From Lytechinus pictus (Eukaryota): 64,000 nt of DNA. Below the pieces are notes generated by a model. It was given only the letters and a program-made list of their open reading frames with translations. It searched no databases and was not told the origin of the DNA. The first letter of the stretch is position 1, and each line of letters starts with the position of its first letter. Below are positions 14,046 through 29,440 of this stretch, in pieces. The stretch lies in assembly GCF_037042905.1 (NCBI RefSeq), contig NC_087245.1:34102001-34166000 (forward strand), written 5' to 3'. A program made the position numbers and the translations under genes.

Positions 14046-15832
14046 GCTATAAGGGTGGAACTCTTTATGAGTCTGTGGGGTGCACGTGATCCTCCCCCCC
14101 CCCCCCCGTGGCAAATAGTACGTTTATATGCATGACTGTTTCACTTTATTTTCTGTTTATTGTTTTCCATCACAGCAATAATTAACTTGGTGTCGACCAA
14201 AGCTTCTACCGACTTCTGCCTGTATACCCTGAGCCCTAAGCTCGAGTACACATCACCATCCATGCGGCCTGGACAGCGAGAAATATAGGTTTTCATCTAG
14301 AGATGATGGCGCGTGTCAGGTGGATAGCAGGTTGTCTGGCGGTGAGATGGGGTCTAACGTCAATGTGTACGCCGTTTTGCCATGAAAAGGGAGAGGGGTG
14401 TGGATCTTGAAGGGCGGTGTACTTCTACCAACGGATATATCATGATGATGGTGTAGTCCGATACCATGACTGGAAAGTTCACCCGATACAGTTCTCATCA
14501 TGGTGGAGGATGATCAAGGATCCAGTTTATATCTGCCGGTCCCCGAATCCGAGGAACTTTACACATTTTAAGGATTTAAAATAAATCCAGATATATTATG
14601 CTGTGAATAGTGACCATGCAGGCGAATATTACATTCTTAAGGGTTAATCCTTATACGTTTGAATATCAAAGGATTTGAATTCCAATTTTTTTAGCTATGT
14701 AACTGAATCACAGTCGATCTGGATTTATTTCAAATCTGATTGCTCTTTTTTAACCTGTATGGTACATTACGTCTTAGTGCTGTATTTATCTCCTTTTTTT
14801 GGGGGGCGGGTGGTGTTTATCTTCATTCACTATGCATTTGGACATGGTTAAATGAAAAAAAAAATCATAATCAGAAGTTCAAAACTTCAGGAATACCATA
14901 CATTCTATATAGCGCATACCCCCCCCCCCATAAGGTTATGTGATAAAAATAATAACTCAGTATAAGGCAAACAATCTAGGGCCATTTTAAAGTGGGTTAC
15001 ATTATTTTCTTTCCTGGGAAGTAAGAAACAGGATTTTTCATGAAACTCTTATTGATGAATTAGAAGAACAATACTGAACAAAAGTCCCGTTTGCTTAATT
15101 TCCTTTTCACTGTTTGGGAAATGGATTTGAATAATTAGAGAAAATTCAAACAGTCAAAATTTCATCAAAACCATCAGATGTAAAATAAGATTATTTTCAT
15201 ACGCACAAAAGGGATCAAATGTAAATGAGAGAGTCGACGATGTCACACACTCACTATTTCTCTTGTATTCTATTTCATGAAACATAGACCATTTCAAATT
15301 TGGCAGATTTGACCATTCAGTAGAGAGCATCTTCATTGAATAACAATAGGCCTAAATGCAAGGATGATGGCAATCTCATAAATTCATGGAAGATTCAAAC
15401 CTTGTTTCACATCATGAGGAAATGTGAAGATATCTCATAATTCACATAATGAAAAATGAAATGCAAAATGACTGAGTAGTGAGTGGGTTAACGTCATCAG
15501 TTCCCTCATTTGCATACTGACCGGAATTAAGCGAAACTTGGAAAGTCCATAACTTTCTTATTTTGCAACCGATTATGAGTAGATTTTCACCTTGGTTACA
15601 AAAGAATTGCACCACGGGAAAATCCGAAAAATAAGTTCTTCTACAAATGGCATCGTGCTAAATTTTATAATTTTATTTTGCCTGGTGTGTATTTCATAAA
15701 GCAGTTTGTAAGTTACGACTGACTCAACGCTGGATTGGCGACCCTTTCTTGTGCTAAATGATCCATGTCGCCAACTTAAACTGCATAAAGTCATGCGTAA
15801 CTTAACAAAGAACTTTATACAATAATCATCTG

Positions 15833-16112
15833 GGCCCCGTCTTATGAAGAGTTACGATTGATCCGATCAACTTTAAGTATATGGAAATCCATCAATGTCA
15901 TACTTTTTTTTATTTAGAAAATTTGCACAATGTCCTTCTTGAAAACAAAGAGAAGCACACTGAATTGTCACGGTGAGTGTATGAATATACATCGTGATTT
16001 TTTTTCATATCTAAAAATATTTAGAAAAAACGGGTATTTTAGATGTTGACGTTGCTGGCTTTCCATAGTTGTGGTTGACTGGATCAATAGTAACACTTTG
16101 AAAGATGGGGCC
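15833..16112. mobile_element. Harbinger-like MITE
   Basis: CTG TSD; GGCCCCGTCTT...AAGATGGGGCC; same family as 35451-35986. Confidence 0.8.
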
Positions 16113-17388
16113 CTGGTTAGTAAACGATTGTGTTACACATTTTGGCTACTTGTATTTATTCTTGTACTCGGCTTCATATTAAACTTGTCCCCATCACCCC
16201 CCCCCCCTCCCTTTCCCGACCTCTCCCTCGATCTCTCTCTCTTTTCTCACTCTTTCTATCCCTTTATTCTCCCTCTCTCCCTTTTCTCTCTCTCTCTCCT
16301 CTCTTCTGAAGGAACTTTCACATTTGGTCGTGCAATTTGTTACAATTTACACAACATAGGAATGCTCGCAACAGTCGCATGACCAATTTTGAAAGCTCCT
16401 TCAATATCCATTTATACAGAGCGTCCCACAGAAGAGGAAACCAGGGAGGGGGGGGTTCAACATTGGCAAACAATAATCTTTCATTGACATGGAATCAATT
16501 GTTTTGTTTTATGATCTCACTATAGGTCACACACAAATGCAACAAAATAGAGATCTATTGTCAAAACATATATAATAATGGTGATATTTATCACTAAATG
16601 TGGTTTCCTCTTTTGTATGACCTACTGTGAGAGTGAACTTCATTAAATGAATGTATTATTGAATCTACAATCACTTCAGCAAAAGATTGGAACAAACTTC
16701 CAATTCTTTTCACTTCCAATTCACCTTGTGAATGATTTAACTTTATCCAACGCCTATAACAATAACCTTTAACAATGCCAATTTGAAGCAATATTTATTC
16801 TTGGTTAGTAAATGCCATGATGCATTTTAATGTATTGCGTCTCTTAACGCATTGTTAATTATATCATTCAAGCGTACAGATGAAATGTATAAACAGCACA
16901 TTGTTAAAAAAATATGGCTTGAACAAAAGTACAATTTCTTACCAAATATCAAAATTTATTCAACAAAAATTATTTTCATTTTGTGAAGTTCACACTTCAA
17001 AATATTAACCAAGATGAAATATCCCCTAATTTTGAATAAAATCATACCTATCATGTTGCAAAGTGCATTGTTATTGAGTTATTCACAATAAATAAATACT
17101 GTGCTCTTAATTTTTCTTACAGATTATCACAATAATGGAAAACTTTGGAATTGACCATGTTTACTCTCATTTGGGTGGATATTGAAAAAAAAAATTAAAC
17201 AAAACAGAAAAAAAATAATGCAGTAGTGGATGCTATATTATAAAATAGTATATCGAAAAGAGCAAAACTACCATCAATAACAATCCATTTTGCAACATTT
17301 CCCCCAAAATAGGAACCAGGGGTGGATAATTGAGGGCTGCACATTATCTGCAAAGGTTTTTTTTTTTAGAACCACAAAATCACCAAGT

Positions 17389-17701
17389 GGACCCGTATTC
17401 TGAAATCAGGTTTAACTTGGACCATGGTCTAACTCTGTGCTAAAATTATGGGAAGCCAAAAGTGTCAAATATTTTTGTTCAGTTGTATGTTTCTCATATT
17501 CACTGTGATCTTTCTTGATTCTTCAATGATGAAGACAATCATCTATTTATACTTCCTAGACAATTATAAATTATTTGAAAGCCAAATGAGCTGAAATATG
17601 ACATCTCTACAGTTAGTGATTTATGTAACTATTGGCTATCCATACTTAAACCACAACTTTAAACCTGAGTTTAATTCAAACCCGATTTCAGAATACGGGC
17701 C
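17389..17701. mobile_element. Harbinger-like MITE
   Basis: GGACCCGTATTCTGAAATC...GATTTCAGAATACGGGCC TIRs; relative at ~38790-39080. Confidence 0.7.
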
Positions 17702-20700
17702 TAAGTGATTTTTGTGGATAATGTGCAAACCTCAAAGGGGGGATTAAACTTGACCTGCTGCAAGCCAAAGAATGACTTTATCCTTGATAAGTACTCTGTA
17801 AGGTAATCCAAATCACTGAGGGTTGATGAGAACAATAAAGCAGAAATCCCCGACTTTCTGTTGATACTGCACTTGTACCACTGAATAACTTGATGGGAAA
17901 ATCATTCGGTGAAAATTCACTTTCAAATTGAGGCATTCATAAAAGTGTTATCTTGGCTTACCTAATTAAAACTTGGAAATATGAAATATAATTTTCAAAA
18001 AAGGAAATGTTACGATAAACGTCGGCCTGACTTTGGATTACCTTCTACATACTGACATTTGCTCTGGCGACAATTGCTCTGCTATAAATTACTCACACTT
18101 ATGACCAACTTCAACTTTCCATTTAACACCACACCCTACCTTGAACCTAACAATAGACCTAACATACATTATTGCAACCCCAACCCCTACATCTTTAACA
18201 AAATTTAGCTTATAACAATTGTCGCATGAGCAAATGTCGTGTTACCTGACCAGGTGGGTGTTTCATAAAGCTGTAAGTTAATAGCGACCTAACGAACGAC
18301 TGGTGAACCTTTCTTACGCGCGAAAACAATGAAAATATCATTTACCACAAGAAAGGATAGTCGTTCTTAAAGTCGCTCTTAATTTACGAACAGCTTTATG
18401 AAAAAGGACCCCCCCCCCCCCCGAAACTTGAAACCTGGAGATTTTAGGAACATTGTCACCTTTGGCTTGCAAGATAAAGGTTTGCGACATTTCTGCCATC
18501 CATGACAAGAGGAAAGCAACTCTAAAATGGGTTTCTAAGGTCTATATTTCAGAAATTTGGGGGTTATGTAACTCCATAACAGCATGTAGAGTATACAGAA
18601 AATATCCCCCCCCCCAAAAAAAAAAAAACTAGTAGTTGCTTCCTTTTGTCATTGGACGACAGATTTGCTCCTGCGACAGTTGCTCCTACCAAAAATCAAT
18701 GCGCAACCTCAACCCTAAAAGAGAAATTGGTGGAGGAGCAATTGTCGCAGGAGCAAATGTCGCTTTACCATAAAAAGGGGTGGAGGGGGATCATAATGGA
18801 TAAAATAGGGGGCAGGGCAGATCACATCATTCAGGTGCACAAATGAGCATTACTGAAAAGCAAGAATTTTTCATTTCAAGGATATTTTATTTCTTCATTA
18901 AACACATGATTATAAAAAAAATTGATTAAAAAAAAATGACCGGCAGCCAAGAAGACTCATTCAAGTATGAAGGTTACCATCACAACTGACCTCTTGATGC
19001 AATGGGGCAGACCCTCCAACCCTCACAAAATGGCCAGCAGCCTGATCTGAGCTGGGGTCTCCTTGACAGAATCACACAATACATGACATCACTACCAATC
19101 CACCTATTTTTAAGTGTGCAGGGCGGGGCACTGGACACTGCCATGCATGATGTACCTCATCTAGGTGCTTTATTTTCAAATTCAATGATACTTTGTGTAG
19201 CCAAGAGTATGCGAGACAATGCATTGATTTTCCAACCCCCCCCCTCTTCTTCTCCTCCCCCCTTCTTCTCCTCCCCCCCCCCCTCTCCTCCCCACCCCTA
19301 CCCTTTTTTTCTTGTTTACCATATGAATCAATCTGTTAATCTCCTTTGTAGTCTCTTTATTCACCCTAGAACAAAGCCACCTAATTTCCTTTAATCTGCT
19401 CCCTCCCTCATTACCATCCCCTCCTCTTATCCCCCCCTCTTCTTTCTACAGCTTTACCAGTTAATCCACTGATTGTGGTATCTCCATACCTCCCTGTACT
19501 ATCCATCTCGGGGAGTGTTTCACAAAGATTTCTGTCAGTGATTTTCACCAACAGATGTTATAAGCTACTGAAAATTCTTGCATCTGATTGGCTGAGAGCT
19601 AATTAGTGAAAATCATTGACAAAACTCTCCATGAAATGCTCCCCATTTCTGCCAACCTACCTTCATTTCACATCCTTTCAACATTTACTTGCCATGACTG
19701 ATATTTTTAGTTGTATCTTTGAATTTTTGAAAGAGAAAGTTTGAGAACTATTAATATAATCTTTCATGTTTTTATTCATTTACAGAAAAGCATTATTTCA
19801 TATATCTTGATATTTTTTCATTAACTTTTATTTTTGCATTCATTAACAATTTCTGAAAATTTTGTATGTCCAGTTTTAATTATTTATTTACATTTTATTT
19901 TTAACAATTTTTTTTCTGGGGGGTTCTTTTTTTCTCTTCAAATGTGCAGGTGAAAATCAATTTTGCAAATATATACACCCTTTTCTGTACATGTGATTTT
20001 CTATATGAACTGAAATAAACATGGTCAAATATTTAGAAAGAAACAAGGAAACTTTTTTTTTGGGGGGGGGGGTTGTTTTGGTTTTTTTTTTTTCTTTGTC
20101 TTTGTTTTCCCATATGCATTCGTTCACCATCATACTACAGGAATCAAATGTTTGTGATTGCTACTTCTCCATCACTCCACCATGAACTCTGAGAGACAAG
20201 GCAAGGCAATGAAACGACACGTGAATCTAGATCTATTTATCGGACCCTCAACATCGGCTAATCCTGAGGAAGTGTGCTTTATTTCCCACAATGGTTTATT
20301 ATACCCCACCAATCATTACAGTACAATGTATGAACCCTAGTAATGAAGTGCAATGTCAAATTTCATAGTACGCACCCAAGATTTCATTCCAGGCTGGACG
20401 AAAAAAAATAGCCAAAGGGTCAATGAGAAGCAAAGACAACATCCAATAAAACTTCCAAAACACATTCTAGACTGGACGCAAAAACCAATTATTTAGCCAA
20501 AGGATCTAAGGAAGAAATGTCAATTTTCACAGATGGCACCCAATACAATCTTCAGAACTCATTCCAGACTGGATGTAAGAAACCTTTTCTTTCGCCAAAG
20601 GGGCAATGACAGTTTGAAAAAAATTGAACAGAAGAAGTAATCTCCACTGAAGCCTCTTTCATCAATCACCATAGTCATGATACTTGGGTCCCCTCGAAGG

Positions 20701-20988
20701 CCATGAAGAAGCTTTGGTATAAGCCCAGGAGAAGTATGTGAATTTGAAAGACAACAGGATCAACCAAATCAAATATACCACGTTCCATCCAATGCCTTCC
20801 TGAACATAGTAACCCTTCTCCAGCCAAGTGAATAAATGGACTTCTCTTCCAAAACAGGATATAACTTAAAATGTTCCAAGGGAAACCTACCAGACGATTA
20901 AATGGTTGAAAAACCTACAGAAAAATGATTGATTGGACAATTCAGAAGGCTGACAACCAGGTGGATCACTGCCCTACTCACAGACCAG

Positions 20989-21145
20989 GGGCCTGTTTCA
21001 TAAAGGACTTACAACTGTTGTAAATTTGCCATTATGGCAACTACCATGGAAAGCTTGACTCTGATTGGCTGCTGAGCCCTGTTGCAATGGTAGTTGCCAT
21101 AATTGCAAAGTTACAACAGTTGCAAGTTCTTTATGAAACAGGCCC
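20989..21145. mobile_element. Harbinger-like palindromic MITE
   Basis: GGGCCTGTTTCATAAAG...CTTTATGAAACAGGCCC TIRs. Confidence 0.8.
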
Positions 21146-24100
21146 CTCATATCAAGCTCCAGGACCTGGCTGGGAAACATCAACTTCCCTGAGACTGATC
21201 AGAGGGACCACAAAGAAGAAGGAACTGACTCTATGATGGTCTGCAAATATGCCCTGTGTGTCATTTTAAAGACAATGACAGACTTCCAAGTTCTCAGGTT
21301 AGATTTTACATGGTAGTGAAGATCCAGGAATTCCCAGGAAAAACTTCAGATGGTACAAGATACAGGGCTACGTCACCGATGAACACAGATTGTGAGGCTT
21401 GGAACAGCGAAGAACACAGAATCAGCATTGGAGAAAATTGAAAACTTGGGTCTTATTCAAATGCAACCACAAAGAAGCCAACATTCTCATAGCATATCAG
21501 ACAAAGACAATTCCGAATGGCAATAAATTTACATGACAAGGACCATGCATATCAGAGCAATGACGTCTAGCAAAATGAAGCAATGGAAATCATCATCAGA
21601 CCATCATCATGGCATCATACATTGGTAAAACAATCAAAGGCAGACACCTCAAAAGCAGACCTGCCAAGCTCTAGGAATGAGACTTTTTTATTTTTGAGCC
21701 CCAAACTGTATTCCATAATAATTTAAAGACATTTGTTCATGTCCTATGATTGATGTTTTTTTAATACTTGAAAGACGAAAGTTAACCGAAGTTACATTCA
21801 TCAAATTAACCATTCTTGTGTAAGTTTTATGAAATAGAGCCAAATACATATGATTTTTCTCAATGAAAGGTGACAATCTATATTTTTTCATTCATATTTT
21901 TATTCATTTTTTTAAAAAGAAAATTGCATTTTATGAAAAAAATGGAATGCCATATTTTGGTTGCAAAAATATACTGAATTCTACAAAAATGTATTGGTTG
22001 GCAGCTCTGCGTGAATATCAGCATTTGAATGCCCAATAATGTGCAAACTGCATGTTTTGAAGAGGTCCGGATATCGCAAACACTAATGGTTACCTAAGTC
22101 AATTTGGAGTGAAAACTGGTCCTTGAACAATGACATACAGCCTAAAAGCAGTCATAGCTAAACAGCTCCATTGATAGAATTTAACAAACATGCTGACGTC
22201 CCACTACAAATAACAATAAGGGTCAAATAGAAACACTCCAATGGCAAGGCTCTTGTAATATAGAAGTAAATGACAACTGATGGCAGGATAGAAATCAAAA
22301 TTTGACATTGCACTTCTGAAACTAGATTTCAGACTAACATGTACTGCTTTAATCGAAGGAGCATTTTTTTTTTTTGCACATTGTGGAAAAACCATTGAAG
22401 CACACAGTCCCCATAAAAATGTGTTAAAACTTGATATTTACATGTATTTTAAATTTATTAAATACAATTTTTGTTTTGGCAGACAAAAAAGGGTAAAAAC
22501 TTGAATGATATCCAAAATTGATTAAATACAATTTTCATTTTGGCAGACGAACCAATATCGAGAAGCCACATTCATCACTTTGTCTTTACAATGCAGGCCA
22601 CTAAATCTCTACACATTGCTTTGATTTCATGATGGATACACACTCAGCAAACGTCACAAACATGAATTTTATGGTGATTGGGGAAAGAACCAAGATGAAT
22701 CTTGGAATTGTTACTCAAATTGGTCTGACCAAAAATTTAACATGTACATGTACAGAAAAGGGCAATACTTATATTGCAAAATAATTTGATACTTTCTCAT
22801 AATGATATCAAATGATTTAGATACTTATCACATTATTATATCAGTCATGGCGAATGTCATGTTGCGACGATGTGAAACAAAGATGAATTTAAAGGTAGCG
22901 CAGATAGTACAGGAAGGTAAAGAGCAGACGGCAATCAATGGATCAACTGATAAAGGATGTAGAAGAGACGGGAAAGTGAAGCATAAGAGGAAGTGGGCGG
23001 AGTAATGAGAAAGAAAGAGATTATGGAATAAAAAAGGAATGGCTAGATATCAGGGAGAATAAATGACCACAATAAAGATCAACAGACTGAGACACATAGC
23101 TAACAAAATGATTTATAAATTGGAAAAGATCGATGGGATTTTTGAAAGTCCCTACAAATTTACCCAAATTGCTTTCAGGAATGGTATTGTTTTTTGAAAG
23201 ATTTTCATGAATAGACTATCGATCCAAAGGTTTGATTTTAAGAGAATATCCTGAATTCAATAAGTGCAATCAATGCAAAAACTGATTTTGAAAAAAGCCC
23301 AATGTAGGTAAAGTTGTTGCCTAATATTTCTAAATTAATTATTGCCCTCAATAATAATTGCTGGAAAATCAATTGTATTGTCTCACATACACTAGGCTAC
23401 AAAAGATATCATTAAAATTGTCAATAAAGCACTTACATTGATTAGAGAGGTTGTACAGCATGCACAGCAGCGTCCAGTGCCCTCCTCTGCACACTGAAAA
23501 ATAGATCTCTTGGTAAGTGATGCCACATATTGTGTGATTCTGGCAGGAAGATCCCAGCTCAAACCAAACCGGAAGCCATGTTTGTGAGGTCAAGGGCCTA
23601 CCCCAGCAATCAAGAAGGTCAGCTGCTCTGGTCCTCCAACTTGAATGAATCTTCTCGGCTGCCGGTCTTACATTGTTTATTTTTTCAAGAAAGAACAATT
23701 AAATCGTGAATACAAGGTAAGTATACAGTACAGACATTCATACACTACATAGATGCATAGGCTATAGGGCAGGTCCAAGCTACCAGCCATGATGAAATTA
23801 GGGACAGTGATTTTAGTTTTTTTTTTTTTTTTTTTTTCTGGAAGCCTGTAACTCTGTTTGAAACTTGATCTAGAATGGAAATTCCATTTTTCAGAAGTAA
23901 ATTCAAATCATTTTTACATAAAAAGTACAGAAAGTAAAGAACCGAAACAGATTTAACGTTTAGATTTACTGGTAAACAGAATATCACTGTCCCTAATTTA
24001 CAAGTAGAGCAGGTCCAAGCTTTATGATATAAATATGTGACATAAGAGACAAATCAAAGAGGTGTTTCACAAATATTTATAAGTGTGACTAAAAATTGCC

Positions 24101-26581
24101 CTTACATTTCCACTTGTGTGTGGAAAATAAAAGATCACCATATTGGTCGGATCAGAATCAGAGGATACACTCTACTTCATACATGTATTAATCCATGAGA
24201 CTGCAAATTATATAATGTTCATATTTATACTTGAGCATGAGTTTCAGTCAGTTTAAACTATTTGTGAAACACTTCCCAGAATTCATTTGTTAATTTCATA
24301 AACTTTTCATTCATTCAAAATGATCTGACATTTGTAAAAACTTTTCAGAAACTAATACTTCACTAAGACCCCCCCCCCCCACCACACAGACCGGAACACA
24401 TGACTGGAACCATGAATGTATATCAGTGGGACTTTGCAAAATTTGATAGAAACAGATGGGATTTTCTACTACACACTTTAAAAATGTATGCCTACGCTAT
24501 TGCCAGATCTAGAATATATTACACACCCAACTTCTAATATTTTGAATTAACGACCCCTGTGACCTATGGCCCCTGACCTTGTGACCCTAAAATCTTATTA
24601 AGATCCTCTCACATATGTGTACATGAGCCTAGATTGAAGATGTACTCAAATATTTTGTCATAGTACAACACATGCAACCCAACTCAATAATCAATAATTT
24701 GCAAGAAACCATAAGTATTCCTCTCATTTTTCAGTACTAATGACTGAAAATCAGCACTAATTGGCAGCTCTGCATAATGTTGATGTAAATCAATTTAACC
24801 CATATCTGACTCAATAACCAATACCGATTTCCAAACCTAAACAAAGCTTGATTCACCTAACGTTATACTATATGAACTAAGGCATCACTGCATCAGGTGT
24901 TTGCACAATACTGGCATATATTAATGCTTTGAAGATTGGCTCTTTGATCAGGAACAGTTTCCTTTTTTTTCTTTAATTTTGTAAATTAGTGTAAAATCTG
25001 ATATTCTACCCAAAACGTGCAGTGTTCTGCAAGTAAAGTATACATGGGGCCTTTGCTGTATATAAATACATGTAATGAAAATTTTTATTCCTCTAAAAAT
25101 AATATCTAAGACACCCCAACCCCCATTCCATCCACCCCCCTCCCCCCCCCCCCCCCCCCCCGACTAGTTCTACGACAAGTAGATCCAGGGTAAAAAACCA
25201 GAGATAAAACTCCGTAGGGAAAAACTCTGGAAAACCTTTGGATCCACTTTTGCAGAATAGTCAGCACAATATAAAAATAAATGCAAATTTCATCAAGATA
25301 AAGTTGCATTAAAGAATTAACTCCACAGACATCTCTTAAACTTATCACTGTACTATTAGAAAAGAAATAATAGCTTGGACCTGCTCCTTGGACCTACAAA
25401 AAAAATCCTGAAACAATACATATTATATGCATTCATGGAAGAAAAATCCACATAGCCGAATGCTTAACATCAAACATCATCTACACTCTATATCAGTACT
25501 ACTGATAAGAAGGAGCCCATTTGAATTAGGCTGACACCAGATATAAAGTAGATGATGACTGATGTCAAGATTCCATCCCTTTATACTACCCTTTATCAAG
25601 AATACATCATTAACACAAGATGAAGGGTGCATATGAAGAGTTTGGTGTCAAAGCCATTCTTGTGTTGAGCATACTTCACGCAAAGACCAATAACTGTTCA
25701 CATCGGACATTCCACGTAGATGAAGACTTGAAGATTGATGTCAAGTCCTTGTCTCTGGCAGACAATCTCTCTGATAAGAAGATGGTTAACACCAGATAGC
25801 AGATGGATTCATGTTGTACACTGAGCCACATAACTGCAAGTGTAAGGGGAAAGAATTTGTATTTTAATACTTTTTACAAACATTTATTTTACAGTGACAC
25901 ATGTACATTGGAAATTCATTGGGACAAATGAACTACTATTAGATGCTTTTCCTTTCCTTTTTCACTATTTGCTGTATTTACAATATTATACACAGGCAGT
26001 CTTGATATGTGTCATAAGGTTCTTCAGACATGTCAATTATTCTTCTTCCATATCATATTGGATGTAGATATGATTTATTTCATACATAGTAGGAGTGAGT
26101 AGCAGTGATGATTTGGCTTTGTTCTACAAATGACCCTCCTTCTATACTGTACACAAATAAGTCTGTGGATCTTTGTCTCTGTGCTCCCAATCTGTTATGT
26201 CCGTGTTAAATGGAATGAATAATGGTATAAAAATGCTCTGGATATGTAGGTGATATCACATTTCAGTTTTTCTTGTGAATTAACAGCAATATATTTACCA
26301 AAACACATTGTGTGATAGAAACTTGTGTAGCTGAAACATTGCGGACAGTTAGACAAAACACAGATAAAAGGTTGAAGGGATTACTTTTCAGAAGATTAAT
26401 TTCCATCAAAAAATGGGACCTCGGCTTTATAATTACATAACAATAATAACCTAGAAATCATTACATGGTGAAAATATTGACAGCTTTATGAGAAATAAAA
26501 GAATTGTTGCCTAAAGAGTTTTGATAAATGCTGGGTGATCATGCCTGCTCGCCATATAGCAGGAAGCATGAATGGTCACCA

Positions 26582-27532
26582 GGGTTCCATAACACAAAGG
26601 TTAGCGATTGATCGCACGCTTGATTTTCACGATTGATTGTACAGTGCGTCCCAGAAAAAACGAAACCGAGATTAAGCGATGATTTATCATAACTTAATCA
26701 CGAATACAATAGACAAATGACCTACCAATGTAAAGCTTAGAATCTCCTCTTTCATCTGATATTTCTTAGATTATTCCTCATTCACGCATGAGTGAGCAAA
26801 AACTATTTGAAGAAAGGATGCCAAAAACTCATTTGGCGGGGGGTATCTGAATTTCAAAAAGAAAATCACATGCCTAAAAAGTTCAATATCTGCTCTTTTA
26901 TTTGATACCTTAATCACAAAAAAAGGTCAATAAGTAAAAAAGTTATGTTCCCTCGAAACAATGCTTGTATTTCCAAAATATCATTAAATAAAGTGTTTTC
27001 ACCGGTTTCCCACAGAAGCTATCACATGGTTAACAAAAGACTTAATGCATGGCTGATCGTCAACAAAACGGAGTGTCAAGTGAGTTTGAACGCTAGCCTG
27101 AAGAACCTCTTCATTTTATGAAATTATTGAAATTCAAGCCTTATTTCAAATAACCAGAACTTTGTTATTTCTTGACCATTTTCGGTAATTGAGGTATGAA
27201 ATCAAAGAGCAGATATTGAACTTTTTAAAAATGTGGTTTTCTTTTTGAAACCCAGATACAGCCCGCCAAATGACTTTTTGGTATCCCCTCTTCAAATTGT
27301 TTTTGCTCACTCATGCGTGAATGAGAAATAATCTAAGTAATTTCAGATGAAAGAGGAGATTCTAAGCTTTACGTTGGTAGGTCATTTGTCTATTGTATTT
27401 GTGATTAAGTTATGATAAATCATCGATAAATCTCGGTTTCGTTTTTTGTGGGACGCACTGTACAGTGTGGTCAATGGAATCAATCGTAGAAAAATGTTTT
27501 ACGATCATTGCTAAGTTTTGTGTTACGGGCCC
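26582..27532. mobile_element. Harbinger-like MITE interrupted by a Tc1/mariner MITE
   Basis: GGGTTCCATAACACAAAG...TTTGTGTTACGGGCCC ends flank the nested insertion. Confidence 0.6.
26642..27460. mobile_element. Tc1/mariner-like MITE with ~270-bp TIRs
   Basis: ta-CAGTGCGTCCC...GGGACGCACTG-ta; long inverted arms. Confidence 0.85.
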
Positions 27533-28504
27533 TTGATAAAAAAATAAGGTGCATGTTCTTGACTTACGTTCAACCAGAGCATTCACAGCCTTCATCATCT
27601 CCTAATAAGCCTCCATTGAAAAGTTGACAGATTCCTTATGTTTGGCAAGATGACTAGTTGGTCAGAATCCGTTTGTCCCTCGTCTAGCATTCTCTCCCTT
27701 GGTATAATGGCTAAAGCAAAAATGACACAAAAATCAGAGAGAATTCGAGTGAAATGATCGATGATAATAAGCCGAGTGATATATGAAACGCTTTCAGAAT
27801 ATATAGTCACTTTAATCCATACAGTACAGGCCAAAAGTTTGGGGCCACCCTCAGATATAAAAGATAATCATCCATAACACTGCAGTCTGCATAAAGGCAA
27901 ATGTATTGATACTGGATGGGCTGAATGACAGTTCAATTACATTGCACAAGCATGTTTCCAATCAGTTTTGACCGCACTTCTGTGAACCCCAGTCAGTTTT
28001 CATAATATATTCAAATTTATGCAAACCTTTCAAACTGCATAAAATTTGAATGTATTTAACCCTAAAAGGACTGGGGGGCCATAATGGCCCCCCAACACTG
28101 GAAAGGACTGAGATAAAAGTGGATGGAGCAGGAAGAGAAATGAAGAGGCGAGAAAGTGGAGGTTAGAAAGTGTAGAGTAACTTTCAGAATAAGTGTAGTG
28201 AGGACTGTAAACCAGAAAGAGTGGAACGCTTGATTGTCCGCAGGTTGACATATTTCATTTGCTGCTATGTCAGACAATTCGTTGACAAGCTTTGAGATTG
28301 TCGAAACACAACCTTTGCTTTAAGTATATTTAAATTTTATGCATAGCTTTAAAGTTTAAAGGTTTGCATACTTTATGAAAACTGACTGGTGTTTGACAGA
28401 AATGCAGTCATAACAGCTTTTTTTTGCTAAAAACACAATTTGCATTGGATTTGCACATGAAATCATGTAACTTTTGAGCCATATAAGGTCTGAAATGCAC
28501 TTAA

Positions 28505-29440
28505 GGACGTTCCACAGTTAAAGTGAAATCCATGTCATTTTCACCAAACTTTGCACATAGATAATTTAGAACCTTAATATTCGAAATATGCAAAAATCAA
28601 CATAGGTCCATGTGCTTGATTTTTTGCTATAGAGCTTCAAAGTTCACCCAAATTGATGTTCTCAAGAATTGCGCATTCAAAAAAATTTGGCATTTTTAGA
28701 CCGCCCAAGATTACTACAATGAGTTTAAACCTCTATTACTCGGTCAAAATACATGAAAAAGTCATCAAATTTCGCAAGAGAGTTAATGATTGTATCGTTA
28801 GAATGGAGAAACTATTTATAGTGCTATTTGTTTGCAATTTTAAGTTGAACAGCACTGTCAGTTCTTAAAAATGGCGTAAAAGATAACAAAATCCCAATCT
28901 AAAAAACGTACAATTTCAGTAACAAACTACAAACGTACTATAAATGCTGCACTTTATTCAAAATCCATGTCATTTTCACCAAAATTTTCAGAGTTGTAGA
29001 GGAAGATATACCTAAGAGGTACAAACATTAAAAAATAGGGGTTCATGTGCTTGTTTTTAAACTATCAGCATATTTATCATAGCAAATGTGTTTTTTAAAA
29101 CACCAAAAATGCGCCGAATGCTTTGTATCTATGTGAAGAAAAAATCAAAACCACTCTACCATTTATTCAAACTCGGGGTAATATTCGTGATTCTTGGCAG
29201 CACTGCAGAGTAAAGTATTTTGAAATTGTAGAGATTTTTTTTTTTAATGGTCCATGGAATAATTAAATTTTTTAGCTTCATGATATAACGCCTCAGATCT
29301 GCAGTTAAAATGCAAAAGATGATAAAAATCAGCTCATACCCGCAGCTAATTAATCACCTGTTCATCCATTGTGACGTCAGCGCGCAGAGTGTAAACTATG
29401 CGCAGATCATAATGCGCACAAACATAACTGTGGAACGTCC
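28505..29440. mobile_element. Kolobok-like non-autonomous element
   Basis: Perfect 16-bp TIR GGACGTTCCACAGTTA and TTAA TSD. Confidence 0.85.

Larger units (their letters stand above)
5102..14288 (+). other. Candidate two-exon transcript (donor after 5135, acceptor before 14176); would encode a 48-aa peptide or be a lncRNA
   Basis: CAG|GTAAG donor at 5135/5136 and TTTTCCATCACAG acceptor at 14175; joined frame MQDAASSGRYTAIINLVSTKASTDFCLYTLSPKLEYTSPSMRPGQREI*; no recognisable homology. Confidence 0.25.
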
